Positions 12,747 through 28,155 of a stretch of DNA of 64,000 nt are shown here, one piece after another. The stretch comes from Mobula hypostoma. Lineage: Eukaryota. The notes under the pieces were generated by a model. The model was not told the origin of the DNA. It did no database searches and saw nothing but the letters and a program-made list of their open reading frames with translations. The stretch spans positions 70,930,001-70,994,000 of the forward strand of contig NC_086108.1 of the NCBI RefSeq assembly GCF_963921235.1. The letters are read 5' to 3'. The translations under genes and the position numbers were made by a program. Within the stretch, counting starts at the first letter, position 1. Each line of letters begins with the position of its first letter.

Positions 12747-13060
12747 GGTTGAATGGGAGGCTTAAGACGGCAGTCAACCTGAAATAACCCAATTCAGAGA
12801 GGGGTTGCGCTACTTCCTTAACAACCACTCAGTCACGCCTCCCTCTCCGATGATTGGTTTATCCAAGCCCAGCCTCCTGATCTCCTTCTGCCATTGGCTA
12901 ATACAAGTGCCTGTCTATCTCCCTTCATGGGAGCTGACGCTCTTCCCTTACAACGGAATTGGGGAAATAAAATAAATGCCATCTTTTGAAAATAATCAAC
13001 TTCTGAGTCAGGTAAACGTGTTCCCGAAACGGTTACTTAATATCGGTTACCACGCTAACT
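12747..13060. promoter_or_regulatory. Probable bidirectional TMEM53/ARMH1 promoter
   Basis: Repeat-free and CpG-containing; two ATTGG (CCAAT) boxes at ~12854 and ~12893; TGACG; X-box-like GTTACCACGCTAAC at ~13046; candidate + strand donor CAG|GTAAAC at 13011/13012. Confidence 0.6.
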
Positions 13061-13320
13061 AACACGAGAATTGTGTTCTTTTGAGTTGTTTCAGGATTTT
13101 ATTTGTATTTAATTTATTAGTACCTTTCGTTTTCAGTGTCAACATGGCATGATATTTAAGCGAAATAACGGATGGTAAATAATTTTATGTACTACATTTT
13201 TTACATAAAGTAATACTGGGAAGAGAGGATTTATCATTTAAACATTCAAACATAAGTCAATGATCCGCCAGTAGCATCGTTTGTGCGCGTGATGCTTCAG
13301 AAAGATTTAAGTGACCATAA

Positions 13321-13582
13321 GGGGGTGTGTGTGTGTGTGTGGGTGGGTGTGTGTGTGGGTGTGTGTGTTTGTGTGTGTGGGGGGGGTGTGGATGTGTGTG
13401 GGGTGTGTGTGTGTGTGTGTGTGGGTGGGTGTGTGTTTGTGTATGTGTGGGTGTGGGTGTGGGTGGGTGTGTGTTTGTGTATGTGTGGGTGTGGGTGTGT
13501 GTGTTTGTTTGTGTGTGTGTGGGGGGGGAGTGTGGATGTGTGTGGGGTGTGTGTGTGTGTGTGTGTGTGTGTCTGTGTGGTG
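13321..13582. repeat. Compound (GT)n/(GGGT)n microsatellite with an internal duplication
   Basis: Seen directly in sequence. Confidence 0.95.
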
Positions 13583-13999
13583 TTATGGTGGGGATTTCTG
13601 AGGATTTACTGCTGTTGCTCTTCATGTTCCGAACAAGGAACACTCTTTTGGCCTAGATCTTTAGATGTTCGTTTTTCTTTCCTCTGCTAACCAATCCAAC
13701 CCCACCCCCAACCAAGTTTATTGCTCTATTGTTCATGCATAAAGATGCTATTTTTGCTGATTCTGTACGTTCCAGTGACCCTGAGATAACAGCAGGGAGA
13801 ATCGCCGATCTCCAGGTCCAGAGAGCAGTTTGGCCAGTACAGTATACTGAATGGTCGGTGGATCGGTCTTCGTGAAAACTAGGTAAAACAGCAATGTAAT
13901 CATCGTCAAAATAGCAAATAATCTCTACTTTTTTTTGTTCAGATTTGTATTTTTTATTTAGGAAATTGGCGTGTTACTAAATCAGGTGAAACTTTTGAC

Positions 14000-14915
14000 T
14001 TTCAACGACTTTAGCTTGAGCCGGACGGAGGTGGGGCAGGGCGGCGAAATCAAGATCAATTATCTATGAGCTTCTGTATTCATCCTCATTTTAATATTGA
14101 GGTGGTGAGTGGGAAAGGCTGACGGAGGGGTTGTCTGTCTATAGAGTAAAATATACGGGTATTATCATTAGTCTGCAATAGGTTGAGTAAGTTAAGCCGA
14201 ACAGTTTTGATCTACTCAGAGTCCGCCTCGATACTGCAGAATTTGGAATCGAAGCGTTTAAGGAGACCTGGTCTGTTGATAGAAGTGTATTATAATCTCT
14301 AAATTCTGGAGAGTGCGGGAATAGTAGTACAGTTTTGCTAGGTACTTGCATCTGTGGGTGTATCGGACAGTGAAAAGGCAAATGTTATAGCAAAATGGGC
14401 ACCTACTAAGTCTGAGGTAGATATTATAGTTAATATGGGAAAGTATGAAGAGAATTTTTTGTATTAAATTGGCTGGGACTGAGAAATGGCAGAAATAGTG
14501 ATGTAAGAGTGGGACAGAGAGGCACCTTTGGGGAAGGAATAGGAGGGAAATGTATGGTTGGTGAGACTGGGGTTTGGTGATATGGGTTTGCGCTCCACTT
14601 CGGCGCTTGTTGGTAAGCATGTGACTGGGTGGGCTGACTTTTGTAAGGACCCAGAGTTGGTGGAACATGCTGTGCCACAGATACTCTTTGGAATGTGGGA
14701 ACCTGTTTAGGCAATGATTGGGTAGATCTGGAGTACCTAGTTTGCAGGATATTCTGGGACCCAAGGTAGGGGCAGTTTAAGTCGTACAGGGTCCTGGTGT
14801 GAACTTTTAAATTAAGACAGGTTTGGGAGGTGGGATCCCCCGTCATGGCTCCATTACAGTAGGTGGCAGTCCTGCACCTTCCTGATAGGTGCAAGCCGCC
14901 ATTAGCACAAAAGAA
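14000..14915 (+). mobile_element. Nimb / I-clade LINE 3' part with RNase H and Cys/His knuckle, decayed
   Basis: Hand translation LSVYRVKYTGIIISLQ*VE*VKPN, VLASVGVSDSEKANVIAK (cf. WVPAHVGxxGNExAD), ALVGKHVTGWADFCKDPELVEHAV; 3' motif CAGTAGGTGGCAGTCCTGCACC...GCAAGCCGCCATT. Confidence 0.7.
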
Positions 14916-15087
14916 AAGGTACTTTAGCTCCGATCTGTCACTGTCATTGCAGAACTTTCAGATTCTGTTTATTAGCAGAAACGGATTGCTCTTTTCTCAT
15001 AAAAGTTGCTGGTGAACGCAGCAGGCCAGGCAGCATCTCTAGGAAGATATACAGTCGACGTTTCGGGCCAAGACCCTTTGTCCTGAC

Positions 15088-16968
15088 CAATGTTACCTCT
15101 AATTTTTAGTAGTCAGTGTGCGCAAAAATCTTATGTTGTGCAAATTTTTTTCCTGTGACAAAAGTATGTGCACACTGAATGCACACATGGGACAGTTTAT
15201 GCAGGTTTACAAAATATTTGACATAAAACTGCACAGAATAACAACAAAATAACATACATATTTAAGTCACACACACAAAAAATGCTGGTGAACACAGCAG
15301 GCCAGGCAGCATCTATGGGAAGAGGTACAGTCGCTGTTTCGGGCCGAGACCCTTTGTCAGGACTAACTGAAAGAAGAGATAGGAAGAGATTTGAAAGTGG
15401 GGGGGGGAGGGAAGATCCGAAATGATAGGAGAAGACAGGAGGGGGAGGGATGGAGCTAAGAGCAGGAAAGTTGATTGGTAAAAGGGATACGAAACTGGAG
15501 AAGGGAGAGAATCATGGGACGGGAGGCCGAGGGAGAAAGAAAGGGGGCCGGGGAAGCCCAGAGGATGGGCAAGGAGTTATAGTGAGAGGAACAGAAGGAG
15601 ACAAAAGAGAGAAAAAAAGGGGGAAAAATATTAATAATGATAACAAATAAATAGGGGATGGGGTACAAAGAGGAGGAGGGGCATTAATGGAAGTTAGAGA
15701 AGTCAATGTTCATGCCATCAGGTTGGAGATATTTAATTTTTATCATATTTAAGTCACTCAGTTATTTTTTCTCTCTCCTGTATGGCAATTACCCATTCTT
15801 TGTAAACTCTATCTCGTCTAATAATATCCCATTGATAGCTTTTGATTCTTATTAACAGATCCAAATGACATTCACCTAAACGGTTTCTCAGCTTGTTTTT
15901 GAGTTGATTCATTAGGCTAAAACCTCGTTCACAGTCCGCACTAGACGCAAGAAAGGTTCCCCCGGTGTCCATCAACTGTGCAAGGATGTAAAACTGTTCA
16001 TTTTGAAGTACAAATGCCACCATTTGAACAAAGTTAGAAATCAGTTTGGATTCAATTTTTTCTCGCACGGAAAATTTGAAATCATTAAACTGTCTAACTA
16101 TTACAATATTTTCAGCTAGAAAATCATGATATTTTAGATATAAGGCATTAACTTGTTCATCGCCAAAAGTGAAGTCACAATCTGGAATTGTGGAGAAATC
16201 AAAAGCTGATTATTCTTGTACCTCAACGTTGATTTCCTCTGAGTTTGATGGTTTTCGCTCTCACTCATCTGTACTCAACCGTAACATGCGTAGCACTCCT
16301 GTATCGGGTAATGACGGGTTTGGTTGCCTAAGCTTTTGTACACCGTCCAATTGCAATTTACTTGCCAAATGACGCTTTAAAAAGTCAAGTTTCCAACTAT
16401 CATCCCACTTCTTTCCACTAGCAAATTCTCCAGCAACTTTCGCTTCACGACAATACAAACAGAGAACTCCAGTTTCCAAATCATAGATAAATATTTCTCG
16501 TAGCTGAACATTCATGACCTCATGAGCTTTCGGTGTAACAGTTTCTACTATTTTGTTAAGCCATTCAACTTTAAACGAATTTGCAGTTCTTTTGTGCTTC
16601 ACACCCTTCACTTCTTTTGAATTCGACATAGTGAATCAATATTTTTTACAATGAAAACTTAGTAAGCCATCTACAGGATTTGAAACAGATCTTTGTAAAT
16701 TTTACGATATGAACACTGTCCGCCAAACATGGCTGCCGCCGTGATGCAGCTGTACAAACCGGAACAGGATAGGTGAGGTGACGTGCATTGTGGTATTTGA
16801 AAAACCGACTAACTAGTTAACAGAAACAGTTAGCTAAAAGATTATTTTCAATTAGTATAATTATTAACTACTACATTATTTTAGGTAACTAACCTTTGTG
16901 TGCACATTAATTTCCTTTGTGTGCTGGTTGAAAAACGTGTGCGTGCGCACAGCTTAGAGGGAACTATG
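15088..16968 (-). mobile_element. hAT (Tip100/ZNF862-like) DNA transposon, internally deleted
   Basis: 8-bp TSD GTCCTGAC at 15080-15087 and 16969-16976; imperfect TIRs CAATGTTACCTCTAA / TTAGAGGGAACTATG; ORF 16261-16629 has a TTF-type Zn finger (FKVEWL..CLYC..LKRHLAS); ORF 15754-16068 has the hAT dimerisation motif SSADCERGFSLMN..RNRL. Confidence 0.9.
15271..15743 (-). mobile_element. Penelope-like element 3' fragment inserted in the hAT element
   Basis: 14-bp flanking duplication CATATTTAAGTCAC at 15257-15270 and 15744-15757; LQPDGMNIDF end motif on minus strand; purine-rich tail. Confidence 0.85.
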
Positions 16969-17017
16969 GTCCTGACGAAGGGTCTCAGCCTGAAACGACA
17001 ACGGTACCTCTTCCTAG

Positions 17018-21029
<4,012 letters not shown>

Positions 21030-21098
21030 TTACATGGTTGGTACTTGTGTAACTGAGCAATTACAGGCCATTGGTATATTTTTATCAGCAGCAAGTGG
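21030..21098 (+). CDS. ARMH1: ARMH1 coding exon 2 (69 nt): YMVGTCVTEQLQAIGIFLSAASG
   Basis: Matches human [23 protein letters not shown]; donor gtaagt; phases 2/2. Confidence 0.88.
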
Positions 21099-21668
21099 GT
21101 AAGTATTAATTTAATTATAGCAATTTAAAAACTAGTTATATGAATATGTCTGGTTGCCTAGGAAGGGCAAGAAAAACCCCACAGTTTAAGAGCCATGAAG
21201 ACTATCGTGAGCTGCTGCTTGCTGGCAGGAACTTCCATTACACAGGTTTTCCACATTTCCAGAGAGGTGCACCCCAGGCTTCTGCATGTACAGTAAGTAC
21301 AGCTCCTGAGAATTCATCAAATTTACAGCTTCCAGAGTCTTGGTACGGCATCTTCAAAATGGTTCTAGTTCTTGTAAATTGAACAATAATTATTGTAACT
21401 CTTCATATATATAGTCAATGTTAGGATAGTTCTATCTACTTTCGTTGTTAAATAATAAACCATCTTTGTAATTTAATAGCAGAGTACTATAGATACTTGA
21501 AATCTGAAAATTCAGTAAATGTTCAACAGGTCAGCCAGCATCTATGGAGGAGGTAGTATTTCAATTTGGTGACATGTCATAAGAAGTGGGATAATTTAGA
21601 AAAGAAATAAAACTGAAGCAATTGAAAGCTTTTGTGGATAAATGATAGACAGCAGATAGAAATACGGG

Positions 21669-21867
21669 AACAACATGCTGGAGGAACTCAGCAGGTCGGG
21701 CAGCATCCATGGAAATGAACAGTCAACGTTTCAGGCCGAAACCCTTCATCAGGAATTGGCCCGAAACATTGACTTCATTTCCACGCTTGCTGCCCGACCT
21801 GCTGAGTTCCTCCAGCATGTTGTGCGTGTTGCTTTGACCCCAGCATCTGCAGAATATTTTGTGTTTA
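21669..21867. mobile_element. Short Penelope-derived palindromic insertion
   Basis: Perfect 36-bp inverted repeat 21670-21705 / 21788-21823 around a hammerhead-like core. Confidence 0.85.
21720..21753 (-). ncRNA. Minimal type I hammerhead-ribozyme motif (Penelope), stem I partly lost
   Basis: Minus strand reads C-CUGAUGA-AGGGUUUCGGCCU-GAAA-CGUU-GACUG. Confidence 0.55.
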
Positions 21868-22532
21868 AGAAACATGGGAAGATCTAAGCATATATTGAAT
21901 GACACATGATTGTGGCAGTGCTGAAACAGTACAGTGAAGCAATGTCTGGAGGATGATGTGTAAATAGGAGCTGGCAAATGAAATTTGAGATGTCTGAAGA
22001 GGAAGACAAAACTGCTGGAAATGTGAAATACAAGACAGGAAAGTCTGATCATCTGGAACACTTGAATTCAAGCTACTATGCTGATCAAAGGATTCTGTGC
22101 TGTTCTTTGAGTTTACATTTAGCCCTGTTAGAACAGTGTGGGAGCCCCAAGACGGAGGGTCTAGTGAGGCAGTGGCTGGAAAATTAAAGCAACAGGCAAA
22201 AACTTGGTCACCTTTGCAGATGGGATGGTGATGTCCCCAAAGTGGCTACTTAATCGACCTTTAACTTCCTCAGTAGTAGAGACCATATCATGAGCACCGA
22301 ATGCAACTAACTAAATTTGAAGTACAATAAGTAAGTTAATGCTTCACCTGAATAAGGTGTCTTTTTCTAACAAAGAAAAGTGAGAAAGTTACATGGATGT
22401 ATGAGGAAGTGTTGTAATAAGGGAAATAGGGACCAGAATATTTAGGGTAAGAACAGATTCCTGAGCAAAGGAAGATGCATTTAATGTTAACATCACATTG
22501 GAGGTATCAGAGATTATGAGGTTTGGTCTTTT

Positions 22533-23150
22533 AAGACCATAAGATATTGGTGAAGAATTAGGCCATTCAGCCCAATCGAGTCTCCTCTGCAATTCCATCA
22601 TGGCTGATTTATTGTCCCTCTCAATCTCATTGTCCTGCCTTCTCCCCATAATCTTTGGTCCCCTGACTGATCAAGAACCTATCAACCTTCTCTTTAAATA
22701 TACTCAATGACCTGGCCTTTGAATTCCGCAGACTCACCACCCTCTGGCTGAAGAAATTCTTCCTCGTCTTTTCTCAGTGCATGTCCCTCTGTTCCGAGTC
22801 TGTGACCTTTGGTCCTGGATTCACCCACTACAGGAAACATCCTCTCCACATCCACTCTATCTAGGCCTTTCAGTGTTTCATAGCTTTCAACGAGATACCC
22901 TCTCCCCCTTCGAAACATCAGTAAGGACAGGCCCAGAGCCATCAAATGCTCCTCATATGTTAACCCTTTCATTCCCAGAATAACTCTAGTGAGACTCCCC
23001 TGGACCCTCTCCAATACTAACACATCTTATCTTAGATCAGGCATCCAAAACTGCTCCCAAGTGCAGTCTGACCAATGCCTTATAAAGCCTGAGCATTACG
23101 TCCTTGCTCTTGGATTCCAGTCCTCTCAAAGTGAATTCTAATGTTGAAAG
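22533..23150 (-). mobile_element. CR1 LINE 3' fragment
   Basis: ORF 22694-23023 LERVQ..GMKGLTYEE..LKGLDRVDVERMFP; CR1 tail. Confidence 0.85.
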
Positions 23151-23169
23151 TGGGAATCTTAAAGATAAA

Positions 23170-23760
23170 CTTAATTACATATCAAGTCAGAAGTAAAGAA
23201 TTTAGATGATGCTATTGACTCTGAACTAAATTTCAAATCACATGTTACCCATGTTATTAAGACTGCATTCTATTTCTCGTAACATCAAGATGCAGAAAAA
23301 TTGCTACACGCTTTTGTTTTTAGCCCGTTGGACTACTGTAATGCACTCTTTTCTGGACTGACTAAGAAAGATACAAATTGGCCGCAGCTCGTTCAAAATG
23401 CAGCAGCAAAAATCTTAACCAAAGCAGAAAATCTGAGCACATTTCATCGTTTTTGGCATCATTACACTGGCTGTCTGTATCCTTTAGGATCAATTTAAAA
23501 ATATTCCTAATTGTATCCTGTACATGGCTCTGAATAATCTAGCCCCTCCATATATTTTGGCAGTCTATCACCTTACATCCCTTATTGTAATCTTAATTCT
23601 GCAAATGCTTCGTGTTTCCAGAACCAAGAACTGGTGATGTGACCTTTTGTTCTTCTACACCAAAAATTTGGAATATTCTACCAACTGACATATACCAGGC
23701 TAATACTATGGAATTGTTCAAAACACTTCTGAAAACCTACTTTTTAAAAATATGGCTACT
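23170..23760 (+). mobile_element. L2 LINE 3' fragment
   Basis: HAFVFSPLDYCNALFSGL..QLVQNAAAKILT, KIWNILP motifs. Confidence 0.8.
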
Positions 23761-25046
23761 TATAGGATTACATGATGCCCGCCGATGTCTATATAATTTG
23801 GTATATTGGATTACTTTTTATTCTATAAAATGTTTGTCTTTACTTAAGTAGAACAGTCAATGTTTGAATCCTTCCCCATTTATGCTCCCCAACTCTTCCT
23901 CCGCTACATTGACAACTGCATTGCCGCTGCTTCATGCACCCATGCTGAGCTCGTCAATTTTATCAACTTTGCCTCCAACTTCAACCCTGCCCTTCAATTC
24001 ACTCGGTCCATTTCTGACACCTCTCTCTGCTTTCTCAATCTCTTTTTCTCCATCTCTGGAGATAAACTGTCAACTGACATCTTTTATAAACCTACTGATT
24101 CCCACATTTACCTTGACTCTTCCCACTCCACCTTTTGTCAAAATGCTATTGCCGTTTCTCAGTTTCTTTAGTTCCGTGGCTTTCCATTGCAGGACATCAG
24201 GGATGTCCTCCTTCTTTACAGGACGGGGTTTCCCTCCCTCTTTTATTGATGCTGCCCCCTTCCATTTCCGTTTATCCGTGCTCACCCCATCTTCCCACTG
24301 CCTTCATAAGGATTCAGTCACTCTTGTCCTAATCTACCACCCCATCCCCTCCACATCCAATGCCTTATCCTTTGCAACTTCCACCATCTCCAAAGGGATC
24401 CTACCACAAAACATAACTTTACCTTCTCCTCACCACCCCCTGCTTTCCCCAGGAATCACTCCCTCTGCGATTCCCTTGTCCATTCGTTCCCCCCCCCAAC
24501 TAATCTCCCTCCTGGCACATCCCTGAAAGTTGATAAGTGCTGCACCTGCACATTCACCTTCTTCCCACCTTCATTCGGGGCCCCCAACAGTCTTTTCAGG
24601 TGAGGCAACACTTCAGCCATCTGTGGTGTCCGGTGCTCCTGATGCGGCCTCTTCTACATTGATGAGACCTGTCGTAAATTGGGGGCCCGCTTTGTCGAGC
24701 ACCTCCACACCATCCGCCACAACAGGACTTTCCAGTGGCCAGACATTTTAATTCTGATTCCTATTCCCATTCTGACATGTTGGTCCATGGCCTCTTCTTG
24801 TGCCAAGATGAGGCCACCCTCAGGGTGGAGGAGTATTCCATCTGGGTAGCCTCCAACCTGATGGCATGAATATCGTTTTCTCTGTCTGTAAACGAATTAT
24901 CCCACCCCCCCCCCCATTCCCCACACTAGCCTTTTACCTCTTCTCATCAGCCTGTCACTTCCCCCTTGGTCCCCTCCTTCCAGATTCTTTCTTCTCCAGC
25001 CCTTGAACCTCCTCTCCCCCCATGTTCCCCTATCACCTGCCAGCTA

Positions 25047-26304
25047 CAGTGTCAACACAAAGAGTTCACCTCCCACCCAGAAGTTTTCATGTTTTATTGT
25101 TTTACAACATTGAATCATTGTGGATTAAATTTGGCTTTTTTGACACTGATTAACAGAAAAAGACTCTTTCATGTCAAAGTGAAAACAAATTTCTACCAAC
25201 TGGTCTAAATTTATTACAATTATTAAACAATTGATTGCATAATAGATCATCCCTATTTTGCTGCATTCATTTTACCCTCTACCTCCACAAGCCTTCCAGG
25301 GCCTGCTGCAGTGAAGCACCCCCACAGTATGATGCAGCCACCACCATGCTTCACAGTAGGGATGGTGTGTCTTTGATGATATGTGGTGTTTGATTATGCC
25401 AAACATAGTCTGATGGCCAAAAAGCTCAATTTTGTTTTCATCAGTCCATAGAACCTTCTTCCAGCTGACGTCAGAGTCTCCCACATGCCTTCTGGCAAAC
25501 TCTAGCCAAGATTTCATTGAGTTTTTCTCAACAGTGGCTTTCTCTTTGCCACTCTCCAATAAAGCTGCGACTGCTGAGGCACCCGGGCAACAGTTGTTGT
25601 GTGTGCAGTCTCTCCCATTTCAATCACTGAAGTTTGTAACTCCTCCAAAATTGTCATAGGTCTCTTGGTGGCCTCCCTCACTTGCACAGTCTTGCACCCT
25701 TCTTGCACAGTCACTTAGTTTTTGAAGATGGCTTCCAGCAGATTTACAGTTATTCCATATTCTTTACATTTCTTGATGATTGACTCCAGGGGATATTCAA
25801 TGACTTGGAAATTTTCTTGTATCTATCTCCTGACTTGTGCTTTTCAATAACTCTTTTGTGGAGATGTCTGGAGTGTTCTTTTGTCTTCGTGGTGTAGTTT
25901 TTGCCAGAATATTGACTCACCAGCAGTTGGACCTTTCAGATACAGGTGTTTTTTTTCTACAGTCAGTTGAAACACCTTGACTGCACACAGGTCTCCAAAA
26001 ACAGATCTCCATTTAACTAATTATGTGACTTCTAAAACCAACTGGCTGCACCAGTTATGATCTGGTATGTCATATGAAAGGGGGTGAGTACTTATGCAAT
26101 CAATTATTTTGTGTTTTATATTTGGTATTAATTTAGATCACTTTGTAGAGATTGGTTTTCACTTTGATATGAAAGAGTATTTTTCTATTGATCAGTGCCA
26201 AAAGAGCCAAATTAAATCCACTGTGATTCAACGTTGTAAAATAATAAAACACGAAAACTTCAAGGTGGTGGGGGGAGGGGGTTGAATACTTTTTATAGGC
26301 ACTG
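25047..26304 (-). mobile_element. Tc1-like DNA transposon with long TIRs, internally deleted
   Basis: TA|CAGTG...CACTG|TA ends; ~200-bp imperfect TIRs; transposase pieces VREATKRPMTILEELQ and WKKVLWTDENKIELFG. Confidence 0.9.
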
Positions 26305-26359
26305 TATCTTCCTTCCCCCCCCCCCCACCTTTTTATTCTGGTATCTTCCCCTTTCCTCT

Positions 26360-26396
26360 CAGTCCTGAAGAAGGGTCTCGGCCTGAAACGTGGACT
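26360..26396 (+). ncRNA. Penelope hammerhead motif, probably inactive (GUG at the cleavage triplet)
   Basis: CAGUC-CUGAAGA-AGGGUCUCGGCCU-GAAA-CGUG-GACU. Confidence 0.5.
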
Positions 26397-26467
26397 ATTC
26401 AGTTGTTTTGAATTTCCAGCATTTGCAGACTTCCTCATGTTTATGTTGGAATCGGCTGTTTTTAATC

Positions 26468-26610
26468 ACTCACAACACGCTGGAGGAACTCAGCAGGTCG
26501 GGCAACATCCATGGAAATGATCAATCAGTCAATGTTTCGGGCCGGAACCCTTCATCAGGACTGAAGAGGGAAGGGGCAGAGGCCCTATAAAGAAGGTGGG
26601 GGGAGGGTGT
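26468..26610 (-). mobile_element. Penelope 3' end fragment
   Basis: ACAACACGCTGGAGGAACTCAGCAGGTCGGGCAACATC family motif. Confidence 0.75.
26525..26564 (-). ncRNA. Best-preserved minimal type I hammerhead-ribozyme motif in the window
   Basis: Minus strand UCAGUC-CUGAUGA-A-GGGUUCCGGCCC-GAAA-CAUU-GACUGA: 6-bp stem I, intact core boxes, stem II, loopless stem III with a CpG-type change. Confidence 0.65.
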
Positions 26611-27197
26611 TTTTATGCTTTTAGTAGGGTATTAGTTGAATTCATAAGGTTTTTAGCAAGACTAAAATTGTGGCTTTTACCAATACACAATTTTAATATT
26701 TTAAATTGCCATATATTTTCACAATTTGTGGCGATTTTCGCCACCTACTGGCATGAAAATGGTATATCAGTTACATAATAGTTTATCACCTTTTCGTCTT
26801 TCATTGGCTGAGTTTTCGCACATTACACATGTGCTGTGACTGTTTATCTTTTAATTGGTCCTTCATTTACCTCAGAAATTTGCCTCATCTCAGTACAAAA
26901 TTGTCAGTCTCTGCAAAAATCAGCATCTTGTCCTTGTCTTAGATTATTTCCCTTTAGTTTCATGTACTCTGTATTTATCCCTTTGTTTAAACCTTAAACA
27001 ATTGTGAAGCAAGTTTTCACTCATTCTTGAACTCCTAAAAAAATATGGGAATTGAAAAATCTCTGGATCGCACACTTATGATTTTTAATTTAGTCTAATT
27101 TTTATGACTATATTGATTTATCTTTACAGTCTATGCAAAACACTTTGAGCCTGTATCTTAATGCATGAAAAGTGCTATATAAATAAAGATATTATTA

Positions 27198-28155
27198 TTA
27201 ACATTGCAATTGCCTTCCTTACAACTGACTCAACCTGCAAGTTAACCTTTAGGGAATCGTGCACAACAATTCCCAAGTCCCTTTGCACCTCTGATTTTTG
27301 AATTTTCTCCCCATTAAGAAAATAATCCATGCTTTTATTCTTTCTATCAAAGTGCATGACCATACACTTCCCTACAATATATTCCAGCTGCCACATTTTG
27401 CCCATTCTCCCAATCTAAGTCCTTCTTCAGTCTCCCTGCTTCCTCAGCACTACCTGCCCCTCCACCCAACTTCATATCGTTTGCAAACTTGGCCACAAAG
27501 CCATTAATTCCACCTTCCAAATCAGTGACATATAACATGAAAAGAATAGGTCCCAATACTGACCCCTGCGGAACACCACTAGTCACTGACAGCCAACCAG
27601 AAAAGTCCTCCTTCATTGCCACTTTTTGCCTCCTACCAATCAATTAATCTTCTATCTATGCTAGTATCTTTCCTGTAATACAAAGGGATCTTATTTTGTA
27701 TGCAGTCTAATGTGCAGCACCTTGTCAAAGGCCTTCTGAAAATCCAAGTACACAACATCAACCGATTCTCCTTTGTTCATCCTGTCTGTTATTTCCTTAA
27801 AGAGTTCCAACAGATTTCCCCTTAAGGAAACCATGCTGACTTTGGCCTATTTTGTCATGTGCCCCCAGGTACCCTGAAACCTCATAATGGTCTCATAATA
27901 ATGGTCTCCAACCTTTTCCCAACTACTGAAGCCAGGCTATCATTTCCCTTTTTCTGCCTCCCTCCCTTCTCAAAGAGTGACGTGACATTTGCAATTTTTC
28001 TGTCCCTCAGAACCATTCCAGAATCTAATGTTTCTTGAAAGATTGTTATTAATGCCTCCACAATCTCTTCAGCTACCTTTTTCAGAACCCTGGGGAGTAG
28101 TCCATCTGGTCCAGGTGACTTTAACTACCTTCATATCTTTCAGCTTTCCCAATCA
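27198..28155 (-). mobile_element. CR1 LINE RT fragment
   Basis: SGVPQGSVLGPILF, VAKFAND, QRDLGIVVHDSLKV. Confidence 0.85.

Larger units (their letters stand above)
23855..26445 (+). mobile_element. Penelope-like element (RT C-terminal part, GIY-YIG remnant, 3' pseudo-LTR), interrupted by Tc1
   Basis: QLFLRYIDNC, TDIFYKPTDSH motifs; CTCCAACCTGATGGCATGAA end; tail resumes after 26306. Confidence 0.85.

Noticed and set aside
13257..13690. His/Thr- and Val/Cys-rich ORFs
   Set aside because: Translations of the GT microsatellite.
14139..14894. Minus-strand ORFs of 80-168 aa
   Set aside because: Antisense shadows of the decayed Nimb-like LINE; no recognisable protein.
23864..24526. 220-aa Ser/Pro/Leu-rich ORF
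   Set aside because: Alternative frame of the frameshifted, pyrimidine-rich Penelope element.
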